Below, in pieces: positions 32,761 through 49,812 of a stretch of 64,000 bases of DNA. The notes under the pieces were generated by a model. The model saw only the letters and a list, made by a program, of their open reading frames with translations, made no database searches and was not told the origin of the DNA. Numbering within the stretch: position 1 is the stretch's first letter; each line of letters begins with the position of its first letter. Location: the NCBI RefSeq assembly GCF_009914755.1, contig NC_060934.1; one strand, given 5' to 3'. Position numbers and translations under genes: made by a program. The stretch comes from the human T2T-CHM13v2.0 reference genome, Homo sapiens.

Positions 32761-34318
32761 TACTTGAAAAAATTTTAAGTGCACAATACATTATTGCTGA
32801 CTCTAAGCACCATGTTGTACAGCAGATCTCTAGAGCTTATTTATTTTGCTGAACTGAAACTTTATGCCCATTAATTAGTAATCCTTCATTTTCCTCTTTC
32901 TCTGGGTAGCTTTCAAACTTATTTTTCAGCACTGGAGCTTTTTTCTCCGAACAAAATTGTATGTAAATGTCTTCGATATATTAAAAAAATACAAAATGAT
33001 ATTTTATTCATATGTAGGTATTAAGTTCACAGTTTTGACATTTACTTATTTTAAAGCCAATTATTGAGTTTAAGGAAACTTGGGAAAAATGAATTTTTTT
33101 TTCAATTCCTATGGATGAAAAAAACCATTTTAGCCTCAGCTTCCAATTTCTTTTTCTCTGTTTCCTTTTTAAAACTTACTTCTCTTTCTTTACTTTTCCC
33201 CCATCTCTCTCACTTTCTTCCTTTTTGTTTTTTAGATGTAGTTCTATTTGTTTGTTTTTGCATTATCCCCTAAGCACTTCCACAAGTGGTAGGTTCTATG
33301 AAAATCACTAGAATCACAGTATCCTGGGAGGACAATTGAACACTTTTGCAGGTCACACTGTGAGTCAGTGTCAAAGGTGGAGTCAGACCTGGTCTTCTTC
33401 CCACATGGGAGCCTTTTCTCTTACTGTGGTGTCATTCCAATGAGAAAGGAAACAGCCTGCAGAGTGAGGTTTGGCCACCTCTCCTGGTCTTACATGATTT
33501 GCAATGCCACAGGCAAAGCTTCAATCCTATCTTTTTCATGCGCCTACTTTTCTCACTCTCCTTCAAGACTCTCTTGCTCAGTGTGAACAGTGGGAACAAC
33601 AGTGAATAAAAACCAACAGTTCCTGACCTCAGGTGATGCGTGGCTCTGAACATCAGCAGAGGATGAATTTGAGCCCTCCTTCCTATGCAGAGCACATGTG
33701 GATAGACTTTGTGGTTAATGCTCAGTGACAGGGTATTGACGGTCATATTTTCTTAATGTTTCCTGTTGCTTTCTGAACAGAATCTGGCAGCAAGTATCCA
33801 GGGAGAGGGGAATGTGATGTGCTCATTTCAATGGGATTTCAGCTGGAGAGCAGCAACCACAGCCTGGTGTTGTGATGGGCTGGTAAACATTAACAACCAG
33901 CTCTCTGGAAACTAAAGCTTTTGTTTGTAGCATTTACAATTTCCATGGTATAAACACTCCCAGCATGGGCAATTTCAAGCTATCAAAAATTTGACAACTG
34001 GTTTTCTCAAGCTGATACAAGCTGGCCCTGGCACACCTTTGGCTCAGAGGCATGTCGGTGAAGGGCATCCTGGCCACGTTCTCAGTGCTCTTGTTTTGTG
34101 TGGAGTTCCAGGTCAATGTATAAACCTCTAGCTCTTTTATCAGATTACTTTCTAGGATTCCTAGTTGTCCTCAACATCCTCACCCTTTGTGCCCTGCTGC
34201 TCCTTGTTGGAAGGTCCTTGATGGCAGGTGTTTAGATAAACAGTCATCACAATTGAATTCTGTTTTAGTTTTTGTTTGCAACTTGGAATGAGGGAAGTGA
34301 CTTTTTATGAAGAGAAGC

Positions 34319-34686
34319 TGATATGGTTTGGCTGTGTCCCCACCCGCATCTCATCTTGAATTGTAGTTCCCATAATCTCCATGTGCCGTGGGAGGGACCC
34401 AGTGGGAGGTAATTGAATCGGGGGGGCGGTTACCCCCATGCTATTCTCATGGTAGTGAGTTCTCATGAGATCTGATGGTTTTATAAGGGGCCTTTCCCGC
34501 TTTGCTCAGCACTTTTCTCTCCTGCCGCCATGTAAAGAAGGGCATGTTTGCTTTTCTTTCTGCCATGATTGTGAATTTCCTGAGGCCTCCAGCCATGCAC
34601 AACTGTCAGCCAATTAAATCTCTTTTCTTTATAAATTACCCAGTCTCAGATATTTCTTCATAGCAGCATGGGAATGGACTAATACA
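34319..34686 (+). mobile_element. THE1-type MaLR solo LTR
   Basis: TGATATGGTTTGGCTGTGTCCCCACCC...GGACTAATACA; TSD GAAGC/GAAAC. Confidence 0.92.
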
Positions 34687-35554
34687 GAAACCTTTTTTTT
34701 TTAAAAAATAACTTTTTGGGAAAGGGTGAGAGTAAATAAAATCCTACCAATTTGGATTACCCATGATTCTGTCCTCTGGCTGCATAACATGGTAGAAGAA
34801 AGAGGGAGAAAATGGACTAGTGTCTTGTCACTCCATAAAGATGCTGTCCACGCTCAGTAATAGAGAAAAATTTTGAGTAACTGGGTGAATAACATTGCCT
34901 TGGGACAATGTTTAACTTCAGGAGTTTCTTTTCTATTTTTATTGGTAGCTCTACCAATGTGTTTACAGAGAAAAACAGTCCCAGAAATCCAGTTATTTTG
35001 GTCATGGCATGATGGTGGCTTATATATAGTCAGTGACTCAAAGAAAGCAATTCAGGAAATAAAGCAAATGATGACTGGGACACTTGTCTTGAAATTCATT
35101 CTTTGCTGGCACAGATCATTTTAGAATTAGGTCTTTAAGTGAGGACAGTGTATTTGATTGTTAACAATAATAACCAAAGAAAACCCTCATGAAACCTGTT
35201 TTCCTAAATTTTTGTGCTGATTTTAAAACACACACAGCATATGTTTATTGAATTTGTTGAAAGGGTACAGAAAAGGAGGTTAGTCTATAATTCTGCAAGA
35301 TAATGATAGGAAAATTAGGTCATGATCAGGATGATTTCCTATATGTCCTCCACATTGGAAATTAAGAAACACTCTGATGATATTTTTATTATCTTTTTCA
35401 TTCCATTATTCTCATTCACTGGTTGCAGATGCTATCAGCAAAATCATAGAATGCTAAAATCTCAGAATTGGGAAGGAAAAGGGAGATAGAAATGAAAAGG
35501 AAAATAAGCTATTATTTATTGAGCAGCTCCTATGTTCCAGGAAACTTTTACTAA

Positions 35555-35896
<342 letters not shown>

Positions 35897-35909
35897 TGTA
35901 CTACCTATT

Positions 35910-37714
35910 TTAAATATTGATGGCCTCCTCCCACCCATGCCCCATTCCTACAGGGGCCCTTAGTGCTTTTCCCATGAGAAGATCTTACAGGTTCTGTCAT
36001 TGGAGTTAGCCTCAGCTGTGTGATTTGCTTTGGCCAATGCAACATGAGCGTAAATGACTTGTGCCCTTTCTTAGCAAAAGCTTTAAAAGCCATGCTGCTT
36101 CTGCTATCACTCTTCTCCATCTGCTATGAGAACAGGAGGGCTCAGATAGGGGCAGCTGATCCTTTAGCCTGCGTTCCAGAATGAAGAACATACCAGGAGC
36201 ACAGGCACAGCCGATCTGCAGCCAGCATGTATATGCATGAGAAGTAAACCCTTGTAAGTCACTAAGATTTTGGGGTTTGTTATGGTAGCAAAACCTAGTA
36301 AAAAGTTGACCAATATGGAAATTGGTACCATAAAAGTGATGTTGCCTAACAACAACAAAAACATCAACAAAATCTAAAATATGGGGCAGTGCCCAAACTA
36401 ATGAACTTGTGGCTTTATGAGGAAAGTGAGAAATTAGAATGTTGTAGCGTGATTTGGTTGTTATTGGAAATGTTCTAAAAGACTGAGGTTAGCTCAGAAA
36501 AGAATTGGCCGATATTCAAGCAGAATTGAAAGGGAATGTAGAGGGTCTATAAATTTCAGGGTTTACATGGTTGGAAGATGCAATTGATTTTCACTTGTAA
36601 CTCATACATTATAAAGTTAAGTGCATTGGTATGATTCAAGAACTGTGGGTGCCACTTTACATGTATTGTTGATTGGATCAAATGATAAAAAACCACATTT
36701 TTGAGAGAGTCCTATAACCAAAAGAGACACTAGCATGTGTTAAAGAAACTGAGACTTTTGAGTATTTAAAATGGCCCTAGGGCCCTCCAGTCTTCTACAA
36801 GAAATAGCTACCCAGGCTGTAACATGGGCATATTCTCTAATGCCATTTTCAGAGACAGAAAAGAAGAGAGGATTTTCAAGAGGGGACAGCTGTTAAGAAT
36901 AATGGATTCTCAACTTCAGGTTAAAGGGCTTTTTAAAAAAATCTGTCCAGTAGGATTTCAGGAATTTATGTACCAGTATTAAGTGTGACCTCCTAGTCTT
37001 TCCCTTTCCACATAGAAATGCCTGTTTTGATCACACTGTCCCTCTTGCGCCATTGAATGCTTGGTGAGTATGCATGTGTATGTGGGAGGGATGTACTTGT
37101 GTGTGTGTAGATAACTTTTCTTCAGGTGCATAGATCTGTATATCATGATCTGTATATCAAGAGGAGCCAGGTGGATCAGATTCAGAAACTATTAACCATC
37201 TTGGGCTTTGGGTCTGAAACCATAATTAGCTAGGCATTTGGGAAATATTTTTCCTTGGGGTCTGACAGAGTGTATTTTTAATGCAAAGGGAGGAAAGTGA
37301 ATATCTGTGATCAGGAAGGCAGATTATGGAAGATTGTATAATTTGTTCAAAGGATTTGCTACCCCCTGCTTGCTGCCTTCTTTCAGAGACCCTTTCTTGT
37401 GCTCTTCTATCCTATTCTTTGAACCTATGACTTGCATTGGTCAATGGAACATGAATAGAAGTGACATCAGGTTCTTCCCAGCTGAAACTTTGAGAACCAT
37501 CGTAGTTTCCAACGCTGTGTTTTCCTCTATTCCAGATAGTGACATATTCTTGTTAGCAGTCTGGAACCTAGAGGGAAGAAGACACATGGAGCAATGTCCC
37601 AGCTAGCCTACAGCCAACACACACCATGAGTGAGAAATAAAACTTTACTGTCGTAAGCCACTGAGACTTTGGGGTTGTTTGCTACCACAACATAACTGGA
37701 TGAAAGTTAACAGA
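35910..37714 (+). mobile_element. Ancient MLT1 MaLR with two LTRs and internal region
   Basis: Two diverged LTR copies (GTAAGTCACTAAGATTTTGGGGTTTGTT ~36255; GTAAGCCACTGAGACTTTGGGGTTGTTT ~37653) separated by a region starting GAAATTGGTACC (36318), the MaLR-internal start. Confidence 0.65.
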
Positions 37715-38191
37715 TAAGAAGAGTGAGAGTAATATATGTGGCAATTTCAACTGCTAAGAGTGTAAGAAAGCTCTCCTCTAACTACACCCATGCCAACCCT
37801 GGTATTCATTCTATTGTTTTTATATTTAACATCTTGATAGGCACACATGTATTTTGTATTTTATCCAGATAGTCTCCATTTCCACAACTATTAGAGAAGC
37901 CAAACACTTTTTCACATATTTTCATTTTAATTTTGGGAATTTATTTTCTTTTGTGACTTATGTCAATTTCCTACTTTTATTTCATTACTTGCCTTTGTTA
38001 GTAGATTACAAGTGTATTTCAAAAAAAAAATTACTAAGGACATTATCTTTATTTCCCATAGACATTGAAAATAGTTTTTCCTAATTTGTTTGTAATGATA
38101 ATTTTTGATACACAGAAGTTTAGACATTTCGTGTAGCCAAAAAGTGCATGTACTTGATAGTCCCAGTAAGTATGTGCTTAATAAATCAATG

Positions 38192-38520
38192 GGCTGGGTG
38201 CGGTGACTCACACCTGTAATCCCAGAACTTTGGGAGGCTGAGGCAGGAGGATTGCTTGAGCCCGGGAGTTCAAAACCAGTCTGGGCAACATTGCGAGACC
38301 CTGTCTCTACAAAAAAATTTAAAAAATTAAAACATTAGCCGGGTGTGGTGGTGCTTTCCTGTGGTCCCAGCTATGGTTGTTGGGGGACTGTAGTGGAAGG
38401 ATCACTTGAGTCTGGGTGTCAAGGCTGCAGTGAGCCATGATCATGCCACTGTACTCCAGCCTGGATGACAGAGAAAGACTGTCTCAAAAATATATGAATG
38501 AATGAATGAATAAATAAATA
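38192..38520 (+). mobile_element. AluJ
   Basis: AluJ diagnostics (GAGGATTGCTTGAGCCC, GAGCCATGATCATGCC); tail converted to (GAAT)/(AAAT) repeats. Confidence 0.9.
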
Positions 38521-38804
38521 GCTTATTTCTTTGCTTTTACATACTGAAAATGTTCCCTTATGCGGACATAAGATATTCATCTATATTTTCTTCTCATTCT
38601 ATGTTTTGTTTAAATTTCTAGAACGAGAATTTCCACTTGCAGTTGTATGTTAGCATCAGTATAATTTGAGATTTGTGAAAGTATGGCTTTTCATACCTTC
38701 TGAGGGTGTGGTTTGGGATTCTATATTTTTATATAGCTTCCTTTTCTTTTTTCCTAGAATATTTGAATGCAGTTAATCTGGAGTTTGGAGATCACTCTTA
38801 AACA

Positions 38805-39320
38805 CATTTTAATTTTGATGTAGTCTAATTTATCTATTTTTTCTTTTGTTATGCTTTTAGTGCAGTATCTAAGAAAGCTTTTCCTAACCCAAAATTACAA
38901 AGATTTATTCCCATTTTTCTTCTAAGAGTTTTATGGTTTTAGCTCTTATGTTTATGATCCATTTTGAGTTAATTGGTATCAGTTAGGTCTCCATACCAAT
39001 TATTTTGCATGTGGATATTCAGTTGTCCCAGAATAATTTTTCAAGAACTTTCTTTCCCCATTGAAGTGTCTTCGTATCCTTGTGAAAAATCGATTACCCT
39101 GAAATGTGAGGGTTTATTTCTTGACTTCAATTTTATTCTGTTGATCTATATGTCTATCCTTATGCCAGCAACACATAGCCTTGATTAGTATAACTTTGTG
39201 TAGTAAGTTTTTAAATCAGGAAGAGTGACTCCTCCAACTTTGTTCTTTTTCAAGATTGTTTTGGTTCTTCTGGGTCCATATGAAGTTTAGGATCAGTTTG
39301 TCAATTTCTGCAGAAACCAG
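38805..39320 (-). mobile_element. Old L1M ORF2 fragment
   Basis: Minus-strand translation EIDKLILNFIW...LEKEQSWR resembles the L1 ORF2 region after RT. Confidence 0.75.
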
Positions 39321-40576
39321 CTCTTGATATCTTCTCCTGGCCACCCTGATCACAATGCTTTTGTTTTCCCTGGCCACAGGTACTACCTGACATGTTTTTA
39401 TCAGCATGAATTATTTCCAAAGTAGATGGTAAGTTTTTCCAGTGTAGTTAGGATATCTTTAAATTCCGTAGTAATATGGAAAACTTAGACATGTAATCTC
39501 TTGGAACTTGCTTTCTTGTCTATAAATGAAGGGGTTGGAACAGATCAGCAAGTCCAAGTGCCAGTGTGTGGACTGACTGGTCTGAACTGACCATGTGGTC
39601 CTCTTTACTGCCTTCATCTGTGATTATTGGCAATGCTCTTTCCCCTGCTTTTTTCACTGTTCTTCTCCCTGCCTTTGTGCTGGTGTCCCTTGGACTAGGC
39701 CTTGTCTCAGGTTTCTTCAGCTCTTTGAAGACAATGATTCAATGAAGAGGTCTCTGTTCAAGAAAGTCCCCTTTCACAATAATTGAGCTTTTTTTTTCTT
39801 TTGAAAGTTATTTCCAACCATGGGATCTACTCAATTTCTTACTGTTGCATTGCTTGCAAGCCTGATATGCTTGCTTCTATGAAAATATTCATTAGCCGAG
39901 GCTATGTCTGTGCACCATGGATTTTAGTTGCATCATGCATTGCAAGAGTAGAGCAAGTGTCAAGGGATGATAGATATTTTATTTCCCCAGCATCGTGAGC
40001 TAGTGTGCATTTTTGATGCTTGGTTGTTTCGGAATCACCGTAGCAGAGTTAAATCTAAGAGGGATTTACCAACTCAGAAGAGAAATCTCTGACTCACGAT
40101 ATGCTCAAAGTCACTTTCACTAGGCTCTAAAAACACCTTTTCAATCTCTTGGTAAGATTAGAATGTGGGAAAAGGTTTGCACCACAGAATCTGGCCTCTA
40201 CCCAACCTGAAGCATTCCTCTGGCTGTGGACCTCCTGTCTATTGTCACCTCTTACATCTGTGAGAGCAGGGGTGGGATCACTGCCTGGCATCTAATAAAA
40301 GCTTAATAAACATTTATTAGATAAGTGAATGATTAATTCTGTGATTGCATCTTACATTTTACCAAGCACTGTGCTGTGCACATTTCACTTCATCTGCACT
40401 ACAACCCTGTAAATGCTTAATCTACTAACTGACTTTAATTCTCTTCATCTGGATATCACTTCCACATTCCCTATATTATTCGAATTTCATAATGTGCTAT
40501 GACAGACATAATTGATTTTACCCCCATTTTACAGATACAGGATATAGAAACCCGGATGATGTTCAGTGTTTTAAAT

Positions 40577-40740
40577 CAGTGTTTCTCCAATTTTAATGTG
40601 AGCATCAACCACCTGAGGTTCTGATTCAAAAAGAAATTCTGATTCAGCAGGTCTGGGGCGGGCCTGAGAGTAGCATTTGCAACAAACTCCCAGGTGATGC
40701 TGCTGCTGCTGTTCTGCAAATTATACTTCGAGCAGGAAGG
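40577..40740. mobile_element. MER5A-like hAT-Charlie DNA transposon remnant
   Basis: CAGTGTTTCTCCAA...GATTCAGCAGGTCTGGGGCGGGCCTGAGA...CCCAGGTGATGCTG; 8-bp TSD TTTTAAAT/CTTTAAAT. Confidence 0.85.
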
Positions 40741-41762
40741 CTTTAAATAGAATCTTTTCTTTGCCTTTGTGAAGGTGAGAGGTTAAAAAAAAAATAAGAT
40801 AAACAGCCCACCTCACCCCCACCAGCTCTGAAGAATCTAAGGAGCCTAAAATCAAACAATCAAACATGATTCACCAGAAAGAAATTCTGATGATGAAGTT
40901 TGATAAGTTAGACTTTCTTTGGGTCTGCAATATACCAAGCATACAGCATACTATAGACTAACGAAGTTGAAAGATTCACACTTCTTATTTCAAAACTTAC
41001 CACAAAGCTACTTTTTAAAATCTAAAAGCAAGACTATATATAGAAAGCATAAGAAGGCCCTTGTGACTGTCTCCAGAAAAGGTTATTTTTAGTGAATATA
41101 ATGCAGTGATTAATTTTCATAATATGCCTAGATATTTCCTTAGAGAAAAAAGGAACTTGAAAGCTGTAGTTAAGGGTAAAAATTGTTTTCATATTACATG
41201 TGGAAACCGAAAACTAACATCACTCTTGGGAAATCTTGATCATCTTCATAGGCTACCTATGAAAACAAGATTGTCCCAAAGCATGAAGATAAAGGCTTGC
41301 TATTTATGACTGTGCACTTGATCAGTTACTGGGGCTTTTTATGTGGAACTCAACAGACATTCATCACTGCTGCTGTTTCTCACAATCAGGATTCCTCATC
41401 TACCCAGACCAGATAATCTCATATCTCTTCATGTACTAAAGAGCTCCCATCTGACACAGCCTTTTTCCCTTAAAATGTGGAGATGCTTTGGAAAGTTAAG
41501 AGCAGAAGGCAGCAAGGAGATGCAGGCAGCAGATATCCCAGCCCTAGGCTGGTGGATTGTAGCAGAAGAAAGAACACTAAGTGAGGGCCATTGCACTTTG
41601 TCTATTAGAGAAAGATTTTAAAGCTAAAGGCCATTGGTTTCCTTTTTTTCTCCTCATAACAGTTGTTAGACGTGCTTCGTGGCTAGTGTTTTCCTAGGCA
41701 TCAATGCTCCAGATTATAGGTATGTACCTCAGTTAAGCAAAATGGGTATTCTTAATTTTTCC

Positions 41763-42030
41763 TTTCTTTTCTTTTTTTTTTTTTTTAAGACAGGGTCTCA
41801 CTCTGTTACCCAGGCTGGAGTGCAGTGGCACAATCTGGGCTCACTGCAGCCTTGACCTCCTGCCTCAGCCCCCAGGGTAGCTGGGACTACAGGTGTGCAG
41901 TTTTTGCTTTCGTAGAGTCAGGGTTTTGCCATGTGGCCCAGGCTGGTCTCAAACTCCTCAGCTCAGGTGATCTACCTACCTCGGTCTCCCAAAATGCTGG
42001 GATTACAGGGGTGCACCACCATGCCCAGCC
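41763..42030 (-). mobile_element. Old Alu (J/S) with internal deletions
   Basis: Alu arms with missing segments; poly-T. Confidence 0.85.
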
Positions 42031-42039
42031 AAAAGATAG

Positions 42040-42367
<328 letters not shown>

Positions 42368-43364
42368 AGGATTGGAAAATTTTAAAGAATTATTGGCTAA
42401 GAGAATGTCAGAGTGAGGAGAATCTTTAGGAATAAAACTTAAACTTCTAATTCAGGATGGCATATGAATCCCATGAAAGCATTCTTCCTGAATCCCTTTA
42501 AATGACATAGAATACAATCAACCCTCAAAAGATGCCGTCCATTCACCAGAATGTTGATGAATTTTTGGATGATAAAGTATAGCCAAGACTACAATGAGTG
42601 GACTAACTTGTGAGATGCTGCATACAAAAATAAAGCCCACCTGATAATTAATGGATAGGACTTCTAGTTGAAACTTTCTAATATCAAGCAGAGGGGCTAG
42701 AAGGAAGTATAGGATGTGGTGCTGTCTGTTGGTGGCAGTTTCCCATGCTAATAATATCCAAGGTTAACATGTGCTGGTGGAAGTCCATGCCATGGCTGGA
42801 CTTGATGGTCACTCCCAGGTTATACTTGGCTCAGCTGGGGTTCTTTGTGAGCTGGAAGCCACAGAAGTGGCTAAGGTGGCATTATCCAAGTTGGAGAAGG
42901 ACATTACTGGTCTTCAGATTGCAACTATAAATAGGAAGTAAACTTTGTGCACAAACATACAGCAAAATGTCACCCAGTTGCCCCTTAGGAAGGCTAGCTC
43001 CCTTTTTCCCACAGAAAACTAGACTTCTCATCTGGCAAAATAAAAATCACAACTTTTGAGTGTCTAGGTGGAGCTGTGAGAAGGTGACAGAGTGTTTAGG
43101 TGGATCTGTTGGACCTCAGAGAAACCTGGGCTGGGGCCAGCAGCATGTGGGTGGTGAATGAAACCATGCTTCTGCGTGAAGTCTTCTGGGGAGAGAATAG
43201 GCTTTGAAGAGAAAGGGCTTCCAGCATTGAAAAGGATTTCTCTGAAGTTGGACTGGGAAGGATAAAACCTCAAAGCACCCTGAGAAAGCACCTTCTTTCT
43301 CTCTGGAAAATCTAGAGAGAAAGAAGGAAAACCAGGATCATGGGGGTGTTTTGGATGCTCAGAC

Positions 43365-43716
43365 ATGAGTGTGGAATTGGCTGACATGATTTTGGAGAGT
43401 GGCAAGTCCAAAATCTGCAGGATAGGCACAACTGGAAGGCTGGAGACCCAGGGAAAAGCTAGTGTTGCCGCTCAAGTCTGAAGGCAATCTTCTGGCAAAA
43501 TTCTCTCTTTCTCTAGGGATTCAGTCTTTTCTCTAAGACCTTCATCTGGTTGGATGAGACCCACCCACATTATGTCATGCAATCTGCTTTACTGAAAGTC
43601 TGATTGCAAACGTTAATCTCATATAAAGAATATCTTCACAGCAACATCCAGATGTGTTTGACCAGATATGTAGATACCATAGTCTAGCCAAATTGGCACA
43701 TAAAAGTAACCATCAC
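43365..43716 (-). mobile_element. MLT2 (ERVL LTR) fragment
   Basis: GTCCAAAATCTGCAGG...GGCTGGAGACCCAGGGAA...GGATGAGACCCACCCACATTATG...TAACCATCACA. Confidence 0.75.
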
Positions 43717-44483
43717 AATGGTTCAGGTTGGATGAGGGTGGACAAGTTCTGAAGTGTTCATAGAAGAGGGTCAGATGTTGGATCAGGGCAGTATAGTCAG
43801 AAAGCCCTGAGTGCCATAAGCTCATCGAAGGGAAGCAATCCCAGATTTATGACATTTCCTATTTGTCCTGTTGTCTGGGTTCTCTGACAGCAATTAACTG
43901 CTTGGGTGCTGGGTTAGAAAAAAGGGTCATCATTAAAATAAAATTTTTATGCTTTATTTTTTTGGAAGGAGTTTATCTTTTAAAAGGTGTGTAATTGTGA
44001 GTGTGCGTGTGTCTTTACTCATCTGAAAGTCTTTCTTTCCATGCTGATTACCACAGGTCACACATCTAGTTTCTGCTGTGTTGTTTTCTTGCTACTTTGC
44101 TCCCACTTAATTTTTCCTTCATTGGCTTATCCAACTACTCCTTGCATATCTTAAAGCACATGGAAGAGGTATTGCTATAAAATCATAAATATCTGAAATA
44201 AAGCCCATATTTACTTCCTGCACAAAATGAACACAAAATATCTGCTCCTTTTTCCACGTTTAATTGTGTAAACCTTTTGCGGACAGGCAGGGCGGCTTCT
44301 CAGGGTTAAAGATGGTTCCTAAGGTTAGCTTTTCAATAACTGACCGGGAAATCAAATCCAAGGATCCCAGCTTCAAATCTTCATTTATCACACTGATTCT
44401 TTAAGTCTTATTTAAAAAATTAAACACTCTAAGTTCATTGTCCTAGGGATTTAAAGGTATAAGAATTAGAAAGAAAGGAAGTT

Positions 44484-44820
44484 GGCCAGGCGCGGTGGCT
44501 CACACCTGTAATCCCAGCACTTTGGGAGGCTGAGGCCGGCAGATCACGAGGTCAGGAGATCAAGACCATCCTGGCTAACACGGTGAAACCCCGTCTCTAC
44601 TAAAAATACAAAAAAAAAAAAAAAAAGCCGGGCGTGGTGGCTGGTGCCTGTAGTCCCAGCTACTCACGAGGCTGAGGCAGGAGAATGGCGTGAACCCGGG
44701 AGGCAGAGCTTGCAGTGCGCCGAGATTGTGCCACTGCACTCCAGCCTGGGCGACAGAACGAGACTCTGTCTCAAAACAAAAACAAAAACAAAAATAAAAA
44801 CAAAAAAACCCAAAACAAAT
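44484..44820 (+). mobile_element. AluY
   Basis: AluY diagnostics; expanded linker A-run; (AAAAAC)n tail; TSD GAAAGAAAGGAAG(T/C)T. Confidence 0.94.
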
Positions 44821-46325
44821 GAAAGAAAGGAAGCTGATGAATTCTTCACTCTCAGTTAACTTCCTAGGTTTTTTCCTAAGATTTTTGGAGGCAACAGAGT
44901 GTAGGGATTGAGAAGGGGTCTCTTGGCTGTATGGTTTAGGGACGGTTATAATTTCTGCAACTACCAAGTTACAGGTTAATTCATATGAAGGAAAGTTTTA
45001 AATTACATTCCTTTTTCACACAGAAAAAGTAAAGATTTTAAAAAGACAGGTAAAGGTTGATATGGGCCAGTTTTCTCTTTCTTGTCCTATTGAGTTTTGT
45101 GATATTTTGACAGGAGTAGGAGGAAAAAGACTGAAGGAAGACTGTTGGCATTCTCTCTTCTGGTTTTGTAAAATTTATCTCTGAAGTCTGAATGTCACAG
45201 TGTTATAGTAACTTGTCATGCCTTGCTGCACCATCCCTTGAAGGAATCACAATACAATATGTCCAGTTTCTCTTGAAATAGAACTACTTATTCAGAAGGG
45301 ATAATGCATTATGACTGGCATAAGAACATCAAAGTTGACACTTTTTCATTTTGCAAATATCCTAAACATCAGAAGAAATGAAATAATGCACATACACATA
45401 TGCCATTGTCTGGATTTTTCCTTAAATAAACCCTAACATAGTAATGCCTATATTGTTTTATAATCAACCAATTAATTAGCTTTGACTGGAAATCTAAGTA
45501 GTGGTCTAATAGAGGCCAAAATATGGGATCAATTGTCTTTTTGTCCTAGTCTCAGTTTATGTATTTGTAGGATGGAGATGACACTATGTCACTTCTTCAA
45601 AGGATAGGCCACATAGTAAAGCTGTAAAATGGATATGAATTGCATTCAGGGCAGTCATTAGGCTCATATACTCATGACCGGCATAGAAAGCTTTCATGTG
45701 TTTGGCAAACCTGGTAATGTCAGCTGTGCCAGGGCAAAGTGGTGGCTTTGGGTGGCTCAACAAGGACTCTGTGCCTAAATCTCCCACGGTGAGAGTCTAG
45801 GGTGGTATGAGATGGTGAACAAGTGTGACACTGGGCACCAGTCATGGAACCTGTAGCCTCTGCCCTTGGTGGCGACCTACACTGCCCAGTAAGGAGGAGA
45901 GGCCTCCTCTATACTTCCTTGTAGGTAGCAGGAGGTCTGGAGGGGCCTGGGGAAATGAAGCAGGGAGGAGGGCCTGCATTCCTCACTCTCCCCCACCTTG
46001 CACTTCAAAAATAGAAGCTTAGTTTCAGAATTTCTCAACTTATTTTCTTAAAGCATTGGTTGCAATAAGTTTTTGTTTGGATTTGAATGATGCGTACTGC
46101 TTTTGTGTTATTTTCATTTGTTAACTAAAATAAAGTCTTCCAAAATATTTACTACACATTCATCAAACTTACCATTAAATGTGGATAGAACAAACACTCA
46201 GAAAAGGAACAAATAACACCTGTGATAACTTCCAGTCACAGTGTTGAGCCCCTGGTTGACGAAGTGACCTCAGAAGCAGTGTGTCTGTCGTTGCTCATGG
46301 TCTCCTCAGATGTGAGGTCCCCATC

Positions 46326-46349
46326 CACACACACACACACACACACACA
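46326..46349. repeat. (CA)n microsatellite
   Basis: About 12 CA units. Confidence 0.9.
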
Positions 46350-46819
46350 GCCCTCCCCCTCCTGTGTCTCCCCGTGCACTCCCATCTACTGCACTAGAGA
46401 AGTTGATCTCTTGGCCCATGGTGCACCTGAGTCTTTGCACCTCCACAAATGTGATCGGACTCTGTCCCTTGTGAGTTCATTTACACTGCCCCAGTTGTCA
46501 ACATATTCAGCAGGAGATCTTCGAGGTGTATGCCACGTGGGCAGAGCCCTTTCCTAATTTTGAGTACTGGTACGGATTCTTCTAACTTCTTGGTGTGTTT
46601 GGTCCTAGCATTCATCTTGTGTTGCAGAGGGAGTTGGATTGTCACCATTCCTTTAAGTCACATCAGCCTGTTTTGGTCTCATCCATCTCATGGTATTGTG
46701 ATTATTTGCTTACTTGTGATCCTGCTGGCAGAGACCCAATCTTGTGCATATATGACCCTTCAGTATAAATCCATCAAAACATATATGAGACTTGTATGCT
46801 GAAAACTACAAAACCCACT

Positions 46820-49055
<2,236 letters not shown>

Positions 49056-49414
49056 AAAGACAATAAAAATTTTCTACTCTTTAATTCAGCAATATTTCTT
49101 TCAGAATTTCATTCTGAGAAATTGATTGCTAATGTGTAAAAATTTGTTTATAGATGTAAACACTTACCATTATTTTTATACTGTCAGGAAACTGGAAAAT
49201 TGTAAATGGTCCAAAACAATGGATTGGATAATGAGTCATTGCTCATTAATTAACTTTTACTTTCTAACGATTGTATAAATCATTAACTGGGATGTAGAAT
49301 AATAATAATAAATAATGACATACAAATGATCAAAATATTTGGAATTTTAGCTCTACTAATATCTAGTAATTTTCAGTAATACTATGTGTATTTTCAGCCA
49401 ATAACTTATTTATA

Positions 49415-49535
49415 ATTCAGTTTTCTTATCTGTAAGATGGGGATGATGATAGAACTACTTCATAAGATTTTTGTGAGAAATTAGTGAGTTAATACACATC
49501 AAGAACTTTGAACAGTGCCTGGCACAGAGTAAATG
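49415..49535 (+). mobile_element. MIR fragment (another at ~51215-51350)
   Basis: MIR core CAGTTTTCTTATCTGTAAGATGGGGATGATGATAG...AACAGTGCCTGGCACA. Confidence 0.7.
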
Positions 49536-49767
49536 ACATACAAAGGTCAACTATTATTACAATTACCATTATTACTGAAAAGTACTGAAAGTTGCATATC
49601 AAGCTGTTTACAATAGTTAGAATGATTTAGAGTTACGATTTCAAGGTGTTTCTTTTTGTGCTTATGTTTTTTAAGGTTTTCAAACAATATTAATAAAAGA
49701 TTTTCAAGTAAAACATGCATAATAAACCAAAATTTAAGAGAAATATTGATAGATAGCATAAAATTGT

Positions 49768-49770
49768 GTA

Positions 49771-49809
<39 letters not shown>
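49768..49809. repeat. (TA)n microsatellite
   Basis: Long, near-perfect TA run. Confidence 0.92.
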
Positions 49810-49812
<3 letters not shown>

